The notes beneath the pieces are model-generated. The model had not been told where the DNA came from. It searched no databases and worked only from the letters and a program-made list of their open reading frames with translations. A DNA stretch of 64,000 nt, from positions 1 to 64,000 of the forward strand of contig JAXLNO010000096.1 of the NCBI GenBank assembly GCA_038087875.1. Direction: 5' to 3'. Below are positions 1 to 13,822 of this stretch, one piece after another. Position 1 is the first letter of the stretch. Each line of letters begins with the position of its first letter. The DNA comes from Malacoraja senta. Its lineage: Eukaryota. Made by a program: the position numbers and the translations under genes.

Positions 1-1528
1 TGGACATTGAGGGAAGTTAGTGTAGAAATAGCAGGGGCTATGACAGAAATATTTCAAATGTCATTAGAAACGGGAATAGTGCCGGAGGATTGGCGTACTG
101 CGCATGTTGTTCCATTATTTAAGAAGGGTTCTAAGAGTAAACATAGCAATTATAGACCTGTTAGTTTGACGTCAGTGGTGGGCAAATTAATGGAAAGGAT
201 ACTTAGAGATAATATATATAATCATCTGGATAAGCAGGGTCTGATTAGGAACAGTCAACATGGATTTGTGCCTGGAAGGTCATGTTTGACTAATCTTCTT
301 GAATTTTTTGAAGAGGTTACTAGGGAAATTGATGAGGGTAAAGCGGTGGATGTTGTCTATATGGACTTCAGTAAGGCCTTTGACAAGGTTCTACATGGAA
401 GGTTGGTTAAGAATTGTTGGGTATTAATAGTGGAGTAGCAAGATGGATTTAACAGTGGCTGAATGGGAGATACCAGAGAGTAATGGTGGATAACTGTTTG
501 TCAGGTTGGAGGCCGGTGACTAGTGGGGTGCCTCAGGGGTCTGTGTTGGGTCCACTGTTGTTTGTCGTATACATCAATGATCTGGATGATGGTGTGGTAA
601 ATTGGATTAGTAAGTATGCAGATGATACTAAGATAGGTGATGTGGTGGATAATGAAGTAGATTTTCAATGTCTACAGAGAGATTTAGGCCATTTGGAAGA
701 GTGGGCTGAAAGATGGCAGATGGAGTTTAATGCAGATAAGTGTGAGGTGCTACAACTTGGTAGGACAAATCAAAATGGGACGTACATGGTAAATGGTAAC
801 GAATTGAGGAATGCAGTAGAACAGAGGGATCTAGGAATAACTGTGCATAGTTCCCTGAAGGTGGAATCTCATGTAGATAGGGTGGTAAAGAAAGATTTTG
901 GTGTGCTGGCCTTATAAATCAGAGCATTGAGTATAGAAGTTGGGATGTAATGTTAAAATTGTACAAGGCATTGGTGAGGCCAATTCTGGAGTATGGAGAA
1001 CAATTTTGGTCGCCAAATTATAGGAAGGATGTCAACAAAATAGAGAGAGTACAGAGGAGATTTACTAGAATGTTGCCTGGGTTTCAGTAACTAAGTTACA
1101 GAGAAAGGTTGAACAAGTTAGGTCTTTATTCTTTGGAGCGCAGAAGGTTAAGGGGGGACTTGATAGAGGTCTTTAAAATGATGAGAGGGATAGACAGAGT
1201 TGACGTGGATAAGCTTTTTCCATTGGTAGTAGGGTAGATTCAAACAAGAGGACATGATTTGAGAACTAAGGGACAAAAGTTTAGGGGAAATATGAGCGGG
1301 AACTTCTTTACTCAGAGAGTGGTAGCTGTGTGGAATGAGCTTCCAGTGGAAGTGGTGGAGGCAGGTTTGATTTTATCATTTAAAAATAAATTGGATAGGT
1401 ATATGGACGGGAAAGGAATGGAGGGTTATGGTCTGAGTGCAGGTAGATGGGACTAGGTGAGAGTAAGTTTTCGGCACTGACTAGAAGGGCCGAGATATCC
1501 TGTTTCCGTGCTGTAATTGTTATATTAT
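1..1528 (+). mobile_element. CR1-clade LINE, RT and 3' end, decayed
   Basis: ORFs 7-438 and 483-917 carry NYRPVSLTS, YMDFSKAFD, GVPQGSVLGP and YADD. Frameshifts and stops present. Confidence 0.9.
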
Positions 1529-2032
1529 ATACCCGAGAAAGGGTTTTCCTGCCACAGAAGGAATTCAGCCAAAGCTGACCAGACTGATTCTTGGAATAGC
1601 AGGGCTAACGTGTGAGGTGAGGAGGAGCCACTGGGCCAGTAGTCACTGGAGTCTGGAAGACATGAACGGGACCTCACTAAATCTGTCAGAATTCAGGCAG
1701 AGCGAGACAAACTCCATTTGTAAAGGATTTTATTCGGCGACTGGAGGATCTAGAACAAGGGGTCGCAGACTTAAGACCTGAAGGGCTGAGATGTGGAAAA
1801 ATGTCTTCATTCTGAATATAGTGAGCCTTTAAAATTCACCCCACGGAAAAAATGGTAGATGACTAGTAAATGAATCCAGTTAAGTAGCGGATAGGTTTTT
1901 TATTGACACAAATGGCATCAATAATTATAGGGAGAGAATTGTAATATGGGGTTGACAGAGAAGGTTGTGTTGAATGACAGAACGGGCTCAATGTGCCAAA
2001 TAATCCACCTGCTCCTCTTTTGCATGTTTCAA

Positions 2033-3043
2033 TAAGTAAGTAAGTTTATTGGCCAAGTATTCACATACAAGGAATTTGCCTTGGTGCTCTGCCCACAAGT
2101 AACAACATGACATACAGTGACAGTTACAAATGACTCAGAAAACATTAAACATTAATAATAATAAAACATTAATGATAAAACACCATTGATCAAGCATGTG
2201 AACCAACAAAATACCTGATCAAAGGGAGGCTACAGATTTTTGGCTGTTGAGTAGAGCAACTACTCGTGGGTAAAAACTGTTTTTATGTCAGGCTGTGGCA
2301 GCTTTGACAATCCGGAGTCACCTTCTAGAGGGAAGTGATTCAAAGAGTTTGTGGCCAGTGTGAGAGGGGTCAGAGATGATCTTACCCGCTCGATTCCTGG
2401 CCCTTGCAGTGTACAGTTCATCAATGGAGGGAAGGTTGCAGCCAATAACCTTCTCTGCTGATCGGACGATTCGCTGCAGCTTCCAGGTGTCGTGCTTGGT
2501 GACTGAGCCAAACCAGACCTTGATGGAGAAGGTGAGGACAGACTCTACGATGGTCGTGTAGAATTGGACCATCATTGCCTGTGGCAGATTGTGCTTCCTC
2601 AGCTGCCGCAGGAAGTACATCCTCTGTTGTGCCTTTTTGACTGTGGAGTCCATGGTAGCCCCCCACTTATGGTCCTTGGAGATGATGGTTCCCAGGAACT
2701 TAAAAGACTCCACAGATGTGACTGTGGTGTTGTTGATGGTGAGTGGGGTGAGGGGAGGGGGAGCTCTCCTAAAGTCTACAATCAATTCCACTGTCTTAAG
2801 AGCATTGAGCTCCAGGTTGTTGCGATGGCACCAGGATGCCAGCTGCATCACTTCCTGTCTGTAGGCAGAATTCCTCCCCATCCTGAATCAGTCCAATCAG
2901 GATTGTGTCGTCCGCAAACTTGAGAAGCTTGACAGAGGTGTCAGTGGAGGTGCAGTTATTGGTGTAGAGAGAGTAGAGGAGAGGAGAGAGTACACAGCCT
3001 TGCGGTGCTCCTATGCTGAGCGTTTGCGGGTCCGAGATGTGCC
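2033..3043 (-). mobile_element. Rex1/Babar-type LINE 3' fragment with short tandem tail
   Basis: [34 protein letters not shown] and a (CTTA)n tail. Confidence 0.8.
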
Positions 3044-3765
3044 CCATTATTACCTCTTTAATAATTGACTCCAGCATCTTTCCCACCACTGAAGTCAGGC
3101 TAACTGGTCTGTAATTCCCCGTTTACTCTCTCGCTCCTTTCTTGAAAAGTATGATAACATTAGCTATCCTCCAATCCACAGGAACTGATCCTGAATCTAT
3201 TGAACATTGGAAAATTATCACCAATGCGTCCACTATTTCTAGAGCCATCTCCCTGAGGACCCTGGGATGCAGACCATCAGGCCCAGGGGATTTATCATCC
3301 TTCAGTCCCATAAGCCTACCCAATACTATTTCTCGCCTAATGAAAATTTCTTTCAGTTCCTCAACCCCATTAGATCCTCTGTCCTCCAATACTCCTGGGA
3401 GATTGTTTGTGTCTTCCTTAATGAAGACAGATCCGAAGTACCTATTCAACTCTTCTGCCATTTCCTTGTTGCCCATAATAATTTCACCCGTGTCTGCCTT
3501 CAAGAGACCCACATTTGACTTTGCTACTCTTTTTCCCTTAACATATCTAAAGAAGCTTTTACTGTCCTTCTTTATATTCCTGGCCAGCTCCCCTTCGTAC
3601 TTCATCTTTTCAGCCCGTATTGCCCGTTTTGTTTCCTGTTGTCCTATGAAAGTTTCCCAATCCTCTGTCTTCCGGCTACTCTTTGCTGTGTTACACATCT
3701 TTTCTTTTAGTTTTATTCTATCCCTAACTTCACTTGTCAGCCACGGTTGCTTCCCACTCCCCTTA
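3044..3765 (-). mobile_element. CR1 LINE ORF2 internal fragment
   Basis: ORF 3123-3698 carries KSPGPDGLHPRVLRE and DWRIANV. Confidence 0.85.
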
Positions 3766-4625
3766 GTTGAGAAAAAATCAGGAAGTAAAACAGCCCAGAG
3801 ATCAAAATAGACGAATCATTGTGGTTGAATTGCATAAAAGCTCTTAATGCAGCCTTAACCATTGCTCTGATTTTTGCTTCAGGTCCTGAATGTGATATGG
3901 GGAAACGCAGAATCGCTCATTGTTCTTGGGATCTGTCAGATCTATTTAATCTTCTGAATGAGCTTGGAAAACACAATAATTACACCTTGTGCCCTTCTAA
4001 CCCCACATTTCCTTTAAATTTTAAAAACAAACTTTAGCAGAATAAAAACAATTTACAAAACTATTTTTGAAGAAAACGGCCCTGACCCAAAACATCACCT
4101 AGCCATGTTCTCCTGGGATGCTGCCTGACCTGCTGAGTTACTCCATTATTTTGTGTCTTTCCTCGGTAAACCAGAATCTGCAGTTCCTTGTTTTATACAA
4201 ATCTAAAACAACATACAAACATCTTCAGACACTTTCAGTGTCTACATTCAATAGTGTCATAGTCGACAGCATTAGCATTAATCTTTACAATAAACACCCT
4301 TAACACTCATGTGGCCCCCTGTGGTGATATCCCTTCCCTTGTATGAGGGTTTTTCCCACCAGACTCATCCCTCAATGTCCAGCAGGAGAAGGTCCCTAGA
4401 CTGTGGTCCTCCCCCACAGAGTTTGTATGTTGGTTGCACCAAGCTTCAGTGCGTCCCTCAGCACGTGTTCCTGCAGTCTGGAGTGGGTCAGGTGGCAACA
4501 TTCCCTGATGGACCACACGTTGACATATCGTTGCTTCATTCCTCAGCACAGTAACAGTGTGTGGGAGATGGGGCAATGTCCCTGTCCTTATATTCCAGCC
4601 TTTGACCCACAGTGAGCAGCACCAG

Positions 4626-5425
4626 AACATAGAAACATAGAAGATAGGTGCAGGAGTAGGCCATTCGGCCCATCGAGCCTGCACCGCCATTCAATATGAT
4701 CATGGCTGATCATCCAACTCAGTATCCTGTACCTGCCTTCTTTCCATACCCCCTGATCCCTTTAGCCACAAGGGCCACATCTAACTCCCTCTTAAATATA
4801 GCCAATGAACTGGCATCAACTACCTTCTGTGGCAGAGAATTCCATAGATTCACCACTCTCTGTGTAAATTTTTTTTTTCCTCATCTTAGTCTTAAAAGAT
4901 TTCCCCCTTATCCTTAAACTGTGACCCCTTGTTCTGGACTTCCCCAACATCGGGAACAATCTTCCTGCATCTAGCCTGTCCAACCCCTTAAGAATTTTGT
5001 AAGTTTCTATAAGATTCCCTCCTCAATCTTCTAAATTCTAGCGAGTACAAGCCGAGTCTATCCACTCTTTCTTCATATGAAAGTCCTGACATCCCAGGAA
5101 TCAGTCTGGTGAACCTTCTCTGTACTCCCTCTATGGCAAGAATGTCTTTCCTCAGATTAGGAGACCAAAACTGTACGCAATACTCCAGGTGTGGTCTCAC
5201 CAAGACCCTGTACAACTGCAGTAGAACCTCCCTGCTCCTATACTCAAATCCTTTTGCTATGAATGCTAACATACCATTCGCTTTCTTCACTGCCTGCTAC
5301 ACCTGCATGCCTACTTTCAATGACTGGTGCACCATGAAACCCAGGTCTCGTTGCATCTCCCCTTTTCCTAATCGGCCACCATTCAGATAATAGTCTACTT
5401 TCCTGTTTTTGCCACCAAAGTGGAT
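4626..5425 (-). mobile_element. CR1 LINE 3' fragment
   Basis: LVRPHLEYCVQFWSP motif and a (CTATGTTT)n tail. Confidence 0.85.
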
Positions 5426-5662
5426 AACAGATGTATTGCAATTGAAGTTTTTTCTTTAGAAACAAAAGAGATACTTCCTCACTCTTACATTCAATGCCTG
5501 AGCATTGAAGGCAAGCATACCATACGCCTTCTTCACTACCCTAACTACTTGTGCTGCCACCTTCCGTGAGCTATCAACGTGGACTCCAAATGCACTGAAG
5601 ATATGTGTCTCAAACTGGCTCAGTCTAAAATTCTATGTTTTTTCCCACAGGGAATCCACAAA

Positions 5663-5750
5663 ATGAGGCCCAGGTTTTTCTGCAGCAGTTTGCCAGCTGG
5701 TTTGTTGTTCGGTGTCTTTGTTTTCCTGCTTCGACCTGTTTCCAGACAGA
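5663..5750 (+). CDS. Gene A leader exon
   Basis: [29 protein letters not shown] with a GTAAGT donor. An upstream acceptor ttcccacag ending at 5650 implies a 5'UTR exon. Confidence 0.75.
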
Positions 5751-6759
5751 GTAAGTGCTTTCTCTTCACCGGTCACAATCACGTTGCTTTACTTTATCAT
5801 TGTCCGTGTAAACCCGCACCCCATTGTCAATCTCTCTTTCCTCTCCACGTCCCACAAAACCACCCCATCCTTGCTGGAGCTCCATTTCTGAGCCTCTCCC
5901 ATTAGCTCCCTCCCTCCCCTTCCCCTGCACCAACATGGTCCTTTTCAAAGTCAGAAATGGCCCCCGGTGAGTAGTGTGACATGGTTGTCCACACCATCCT
6001 CCCCAACATCTCCCCACCACAGTCCAGGTGGGTGGAACTGCCCTTGACTTATCGATCCAGTCGCAGCCCGAGAACTACCCGCAATGTCTTCACTTCATGC
6101 TCCAGCACAGTTCCCTCGGGCACCCTCCGACAATCTACCATGGACCCCTCCTATTTCTCATCCTCAATTTGCCCTTCGGTGACATCAGCTGAAGTTTCAC
6201 CGTTGCTTCCACAAGTTGACTGTGGACACCAGCTTGACCTCGCTAGCACCTCCCTCGACGCCTCCATAGTCTCCACATTCCCAGAGTACACGTGGGACAT
6301 CCAAGACTGCATGAGCAGAATTCCCCCCCAACTGAACACTTTGAATCCCAAAGCCGTTGTCTTCAGTCCCACCACAACCCCTTTCTCCAGCCAGCAATTC
6401 CATTCCATTCAAATCCCAGAATATTTGGGGGTCAGACTGGTGATTCAGTGGCAGCAAACCAGACTCCAGGATGGTGTGTTGCCTCCCTGGTGCCAGGGTC
6501 CGGGATGTCTCCCAGCAGCTGTGGGACATTCTCAAGGACGAAGGTGAACAGCCAGAAGGCGGTGGGCACTTTGGCACAAATGGGATGGGTAGGAAAAGGG
6601 ATGAGGTCTGATAGTTTCTCTACCACTGACATGAGTCTCACTGCAGTAACAACTCTCCAACCCTTCCACAAACTCACCTGTGGCCAGAGAACACACACAG
6701 ATCTTTATCAAGGCTCGCTGGGCTCATCATCTCCAGATTCCTCCCGGTGCCATGTGTTA

Positions 6760-9720
6760 GTGAAAGTGGGAATAGGAAGAAAGGACAGATGAATGTATGG
6801 CTCAGGACTTGGTGCAGGGGGCAGAGATTCAGATCCAGATCATTCGGCCATTGGCATCTCTTCTCGGGCAGACGTCACCTCTACAAGAGGGATAGTTTGT
6901 ATCTGAAATGGAGGGGACCAATATGTTTGCAGGGAGGTGCACTAGTGTTACCAAGAGGGCTAAACTGGAGAGGCATGGGAGGGTAATGGGAAGGTGGAGA
7001 TGAAGATAAGTAAGTCTCAAAGGAAGGACAGACAGAGGGTGGTGAATTTATATAGTGAAACTGATGGGTGGAGGTATGTTCATTCCAATGCAAGGAGTAT
7101 TGTGGGCAAAGTAGATGAACTTGGAGCCTAGATCGCTGTTGGGGACTATGATGTTGTGGTCATTGTGGAAATACGGTTATGACAGGGACATGACAAGCAG
7201 CTCAATGTTCCGTGTTTCTATGGGAAAAAGATGGGGGAATTGCTCTATTAATCAGGGAAGCTATCTTGTTGCCATTCAGAGTGGGGACTCTGGATGGTTT
7301 GTCCATTGAGGTGATATGGGTAGAGCCATGTGTAAATATGAAAGGTGCAAGCAATTCAACGGAATTGTATGAGAGGTCCCCCAAGAGTGAGCAGGAAATA
7401 GAGGAACAGATGTGGACACAGATTACTGAAAGATTACACAAATGGATGTCTTGGGGGGTGACTAATGGTATATCCAATAGGATGTTTTGTAACAGTTGAG
7501 AATAGTGCAACGTGAGAAAGGAATCCAAAATGGACCTTGTGTTGGGAAATGAGTCTGGCCAAGTGACTGATGTTTTTGTGAAAGAGTATTTTGGAGACAG
7601 TGAATACAACTCCATAAGTTTTAAGATTGGTTTGAATTAGGATAAGTCTGTTCTGTGTGAGAAGACATTAACTTGAGTAAGGCAAATGACACCATTATTA
7701 GGCAGGAGCTTGGTAAGGTACACACAGAGCAGTTGTTATTAAGTTACTCCAAGTCTGAGATTGACAATTGTCTGTAGGTCAGTTGATCCAAACTCAAGAC
7801 CGGCAAGTTCCAGTAAGAAGGAGAGATAAGGCTGGCAAAGTAAGGGAACCTGAGATGACCAAATAAATTTGTAAATTTGGTCAAAAATAGAAAGGAAACA
7901 CATGCAAGGTTCAAGAATATGATAGCAGAGAGGGCCATTGAGGAATATAAAGCAAGGAGGAAAGAACTCAAGCGGGCAATTAGAAGGGAGAAAATAGGCC
8001 ACAAAATGGCTGTGGCGATTTGAGTAAAGAAAGTTCCAAGGCTTCTTATACTTACATTAAAATCAAGACGGTAAACAAGGAGAAGGTAAACAAGGATAAA
8101 TGAAGGAAACTGAAACTGGAGTTAGGGGATGTAGGTGAGGTGTCAGATAACTCCAGGGATGAGAGGAGCAAGGGAAAAGGAAAAAAAATGAAATAAAATA
8201 AAATATGTCAGTAAAAAGGTGGGGTGGATTGTTTGGGGATTTGTTGCCTGAAAGTCAAGAATTCAATGTTCATACCATTAAGTTGTCAGATACCCAAGAG
8301 AAATATGAAGTGAGATTTCTTCAGTTTGCATGTGGCCTCACTGGCAATGGAGGAGGCCAAGGACAGAAAGATCAGTATGGGAATGGGAGTTAAAATGGTT
8401 TATTTGTTTAGAGAGAGAATTCAGCGAATTAAAGAACTGTGAGTCACATGACAACGGTTGGAAACAATTGGAAAGGATTCTTTGGGATAGAATTGACTCC
8501 CATTTGGAACAAAATAGATGAGGGGATAAAAGACAGTAGGCATGACTTTTACGTGGCATTGTCTACAGTGATTTTAGTAAGGCACTTGGTCAAGTCCCCC
8601 ATGATAGACTGATGCTGAAGATTAATAAGCATGGGATTAACATTGAATTGTTTGTCAGGATTCAGAATGGGCAGACTAGAAAACAGAGGAAAAGGCAATA
8701 TTCAGGCAGGAAATCTGTGACCAGTGGAGTTCTATATGGATCTCTGCCAGGACCACTGTCGGTCATGATTTATACAATGAATTTAAATGTAGATGGGTTG
8801 GTTAGTACATTTGCAGATGAGAACAAGATTGCTGCACTGTGAACAACGCTGTCAATGTATCAAAGTATGTTGTAAAGTAATGAATGGGATATAGACCAGC
8901 TACAGAAATGGGTGGACAAATGACAGATCAAGTTTAATCCAAGCATCTGTGAGGTGTTGCACTTTGGGAGGTTGAATATAAGGGGAAGATATACAATTAA
9001 CGGCAAGGCCCTTAACAGCATTGATGTACAGAGGGACCTTGGGATCCAAGACCCAAACTCTCTGAAAATGGTAATACAGGTAGATAGAGTGACAAAGAAG
9101 GCAGATGGCATGCCTTTGGTTGGAGCATTGGGTATAAGATTCAGGAATTCAGGATGTGATGCAGCTTTGTAGGACTTTGGTTAGGCCGGATTTCAAGCAT
9201 TACATGCAGTTCTGGATGCCCCAAAACGATACAGAGGCTTTGGAGACAGGGCTGAGAAGGTTTACAAGAATTATGCCTGTGTTACTGGATATTAGCTACA
9301 GGGAGAGGTTGAATAGACTTGGATTGTTTTCTCTGGAATGTTTGACATTGAAGTGAGGCTTGATAGAATTCTACAAAATTATGAGCGGCAAAGTCAATGT
9401 AGACAGTCAGAATCTTTTCCCCAGGATGGAAATATCAAATACAAGAGGGCATGGGGGGCATTTAGGTGAGAGAGGCAAAGTGTGAAGGAGATGTGAAGGA
9501 CAAGTATTTTACAGTGGTGAGTGGCTGGAACATGCTGCTGGTGGTGATGGAGGGAGATGTGTGAATGGGATTTAAGAGACTTTTGGATAGGCACATGGAC
9601 ATGCAGGGAATGGAGAGATATGGATTATGTGTAGGCAGATAAGTTGGTCGTGGCATTATGCTCGACATAGACCTTGTGGGCCGAGGGGCTTGTTCCTGTT
9701 CTGAACTGTTCTATGTTGTA
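6760..9720 (+). mobile_element. Old, heavily decayed CR1 LINE in gene A intron 1
   Basis: Remnants of the ORF1 C-terminus, endonuclease and RT (SVTSGV..GS.PGP, FADE). Absent from the corresponding intron of gene B. Confidence 0.7.
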
Positions 9721-10122
9721 AATCACTGTGGAATGAGGAGCAGGCAGGGAGGCAGGAGCATGTTTATTCTGTTCCAGGTCTGTCCGACAAGGGCCGGGGA
9801 TGCGGTGTGTACAGGATCGGCCTGATCTCCACCCACATCAGGAAACCCCGTCACAGGGAACACCGGCTGGAGACCCGACACAAACGCCCTTCCACCTCCG
9901 TCTTTCTCCCACTCACTCTTCTCATATCATGAAGTATCCCTGGATCAGGCCAGGTTATTCCAGCCAGCCATCTATTCACAAACTGTGTCCGTCTCACTGG
10001 AGGTTCTGTGGGAGATCAAAACATTCTGGAAATAAATGAAATTCAAAATTAATAATTACAGACGTGGAGTGGAGGAAATGTGCTTAAAATGTTAATTCCT
10101 ACATTTTTCCTATTTCCAACAG

Positions 10123-10461
10123 AAATCGGAAAACAGATTTATTTCTTGGGTAATGGAGGCAACATTGTGTTAAAAGGACCGGACAATCCTGGGAGTAAAA
10201 CTGTTGTCTGGGAATGGGAACCACACTCAGGGCCGGGAAAACAGACAGTGGTAATTCTCCGCGTCCAGAGCAAGGGCACGTGGAGCAAACAGTGGGGCGA
10301 TGGCTGGGTAAACGCAGGCAAGACCCAGGTGGATGTGGATCACCGTACTGTTAATCTGGCAATAAAAAAACCCAGATTTAAATGGTCAAGATTGTTCACT
10401 TTGACCGAAACACGTCCGAGGAACCAGATCCTGAAACGATATGAAATATATGGGATCAAAG
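10123..10461 (+). CDS. Gene A D1 exon, Cys-less V-like Ig domain
   Basis: 339 nt, open, AG...GTGAGT. IVLKGPD..VVWEWEPHSG..KPRFKWSRLFTL. Confidence 0.8.
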
Positions 10462-11217
10462 GTGAGTGGGCGAGACACGGATCAACAATATGTTTCTCTG
10501 TAAATAATGTCACGTGTAATGATGAAATATGGCGGGAATTGTGAGACTTCTTCCACCCGATGAATCTCCCAATGAAACAATTGGGGGAAAGATTTGTCTT
10601 CATTGATTCTGTGGGCCTGGGGTGAGATTGTCGAGTGACACTGCTGCTCAATGTTACCCAGTGAACCAGGTCCATGCCTCACTTGGTTGAGATCCCAGAG
10701 GAAGTCCTTCATCTGTGGAACTTACACTGGTGGGAGAGTTCCCACCTTGAGGGCGGTTGGGGGAGACATGACAGGGACAAATGGACAAACGTATCAATCC
10801 AGTTACATCTAAACGTTGTTTGCATTCACTGGTCAGAGTGTTGCCGGTTGCACCAGCAGTGTCACGGTGAACAGCCGGCATTTACCTGTGTGAATATGAA
10901 CAGCTTCAGGACTTCCACCCATGCGTTTCACAACGAGGAATTCCACAACTTGCTGACAGTTCTTGCGGTGCATCTGCCAGCGCTCCCCTTCACTTCTCCA
11001 CGTGGAGACCAGGACTGGAGCAGGAATATGCTGATATTCCCCGACACTGGCACTGGGAAAACTGCTCCCAGATCCGGTGCCTGCAGGGGTGGAGACTCTT
11101 CAGGAATCAAAACTAATTGTTATTGTAGAATTAGACTCTTTCATGATTAAAAAAAAATGAAATATTCAATATTAATAAATGTGTTTACTTCTAGAAGTTG
11201 GTGCCACTCAGAACCAT

Positions 11218-11697
11218 TCCAACATTCCTGGGATGGCAGGACTTTCATATGAAGAAAGACTGGATAGACTCGGCTTGTACTCGCTAGAATTTAGAAGATT
11301 GAGGGGGGATCTTATAGTAACTTACAAAATTCTTTAGGGGTTGGACAGGCTAGATGCAGGAAGATTATTCCCGATGTTGGGGAAGTCCAGAACTAGGGGT
11401 CACAGTTTAAGGATAAGAGGGAAGTCTTTTAGGACCGAGATGAGAAAATCATTTTTTACACAGAGTGGTGAATCTGTGGAATTCTCTGCCACAGAAGGTA
11501 GTTGAAGCCAGTTCATTGGCTATATTTAAGAGGGAGTTAGATGTGGCCCTTGTGGCTAAAGGGATCAGGGGGTATGGAGAGAAGGCAGGGATGGGATACT
11601 GAGTTGGGTGATCAGCCATGATCATATCGAATGGCGGTGCAGGCTCGAAGGGCCGAATGGCCTACTCCTGCACCTATTTTCTATGTTTCTATGTTTC
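11218..11697 (+). mobile_element. CR1 LINE 3' end
   Basis: Same family as 4626-5425, with a (CTATGTTT) tail. Confidence 0.8.
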
Positions 11698-12497
11698 TAA
11701 CAGCTTGGGAGCTTTAGCAGAGGATGAGCAAGGCCTTTGCCTCCTGTAGATAATTCTCCACAGGTGTAAAGGGATTGGGATTTGTTCATTGCTCTAACGT
11801 TTGCCGAGATACAGTGAATGAGGTTGGATCCAACTACTTTGATCTTCATGTTTTCCCCAGCGAAATCTCCAATGCAGAATATTCTAGGCTGCAGGAGTAC
11901 GTGCTGAGGGACACACTGAAGATCAGTGCAGACAAAGCAAAGGCATTGTGGAATAGAACTACAGTCCATGGACCTTCTGCCACCAGTCCCCGCCGAGCTA
12001 AATCTAATGTACAAACCTCTGAAACACTTGAATTGGTATAATCTCAGGATGCAGCATGAGTGTCAAGAGTGTTATGTACACAAAATGTGTGAACACTGTC
12101 AAAGTGAGGAACAATAACACTATGTCTGTGTAGTCTGTACAATATCAAATTCAGATTTAGATTCATATTAGTTCATTGTCATATACATTTGGGTAAAACA
12201 CATTCATTGTTCAGATAAAGTAAATTATAATAAAAGGTACATTAAAAAATGCAACAAAAGCAAAACAGCAGAATGGTGCAGAGATTGCAGTGCAGTCTGA
12301 AGTAATGCAACATAAAACTAACGTTTATGAAAATGCCCCAGGGAATGATGAGTGTTTGTGGCTCTGGCCTTGGACTAGCTGGAGTTTAGAAGAATGAGGG
12401 GCGGGTCTAGGTTTTTAGTTGAGGTGAGATTGAGTCCAGTCATTGGACTTGTACAAACCACTATTCACTCTGAATCTCATTGATCTGTTTTTCACAG

Positions 12498-12767
12498 TTG
12501 AGGCAAGTCCACAGAGGCCTCTGCTGGGCAGTGACGTCACACTCAGCTGCACCATCTCCAGACTCTCAGATACAGTCAGTCTTCACTGGAGACCCATGGA
12601 CTCATCCCAGCAGAACAGGGGCAACACTGATCAGATCCGCCTGGATAACACGGTCTATCTGATGGTTCAACACGTTACAGTGGAGGATGGGAAGCTGTAT
12701 GTGTGTGATGTGCAGGAAAACGGAAACATTGTTCACACAAGTAATGGAGATTTTACTGTGGACAACC
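12498..12767 (+). CDS. Gene A D2 exon, C2-type Ig domain
   Basis: 270 nt and open. Nearly identical to 52045-52314. Confidence 0.85.
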
Positions 12768-13822
12768 GTGAGTGTAAACACCTCCCATTGGATATCAAGT
12801 AGACACTTGTATCACGGTGCTTCTTGTAATATTATGTGTGCGCCCTGTGAAGAACTGTGGCAGTGACCAACTGCTCTCCAGTATAAAATGCTGCAATGAT
12901 CAGGGAGAAGTTTACAGAAAGTCTCTCTCTCTGTGGAGCAGCTGCCTGCTTGTCTCTGTGTGACAGACACACAGCACAGGAGGGGGATGTCTTTCTGTAA
13001 CCATTCTTCAGTCAAGTATTTTGTCAGTTTATCTTGCCATCAATGCTCCAGTATCTGAGACTGAGATACTGATACAGGACTCACGTCAAAGTGTCAGATA
13101 GAAAGTGTAGTCACCATGACAACCACCAGCACTTGCTGCTCACACTCACACTGGGGGTCCCGGCCCACACATCAGCACTGAACAATAATCCATCCCCTCT
13201 CCCCTCACTGACCCTTCTCTCCAAGTCTGGTGTTGCTTGAAGTGATTCCAGCTGCTGCAGACTCGGGCTTCGGATCAGCATTCAGCTGGGAGCAGGACCC
13301 GGGAACAGGGAAGGACAGGGAATCAATGGGTGTGAATGGGAGAGGGATGGTGGGAATAATGGGAATGAAGGGACGGGAAGACCCGACCCACTTGAAGTGC
13401 CAACCTGTCCGGGTCAGTCCCCACGCAGGCATCCTCTGGGCTGCTTCTGTCCGCAGCCTGAACCTGCACCACCTCCTGCAGACAGACTGACAGAGACATT
13501 CACCTCCCAGATCGCCCTCGGGAGTCTCCGGGAGGTTTCATTCTATCCCGGGAGATTCCCGGACAGTCCGGGTGTGGGGGCGAACCTAATGTTGAAATGT
13601 AGAGTGGAATATCCAAACTTCACTGCAATTTACTGCCCTACAGGACATTGTATTTTATAAAGATCTGATGAGTTTAGTGCGGCATTCATGAAAGATGTTA
13701 CATTTGAAACTTGATCAGCTGAACAAAACACCACGAATGTTTATAAGAATACGGTTGAGAATCTCTGTATGGCACGGTAACTGTAATACTGAAAGGAGTT
13801 ATCCTCTGTCTCTCTGATACAG

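Noticed and set aside
2796..3089. Novel RT ORF
   Set aside because: Chance in-frame junction between a CR1 fragment and a Rex1-type fragment.
3819..3882. Signal-peptide-like ORF start (LWLNCIKALNAALTIALIFASG)
   Set aside because: It starts at TTG with a weak donor, and a better ATG leader exon shared by both genes exists at 5663.
13205..13660. ORFs conserved between 13.2-13.7 kb and 51.1-51.6 kb
   Set aside because: They lie in the near-identical duplicated intron, so conservation reflects recent duplication or conversion, not coding constraint.
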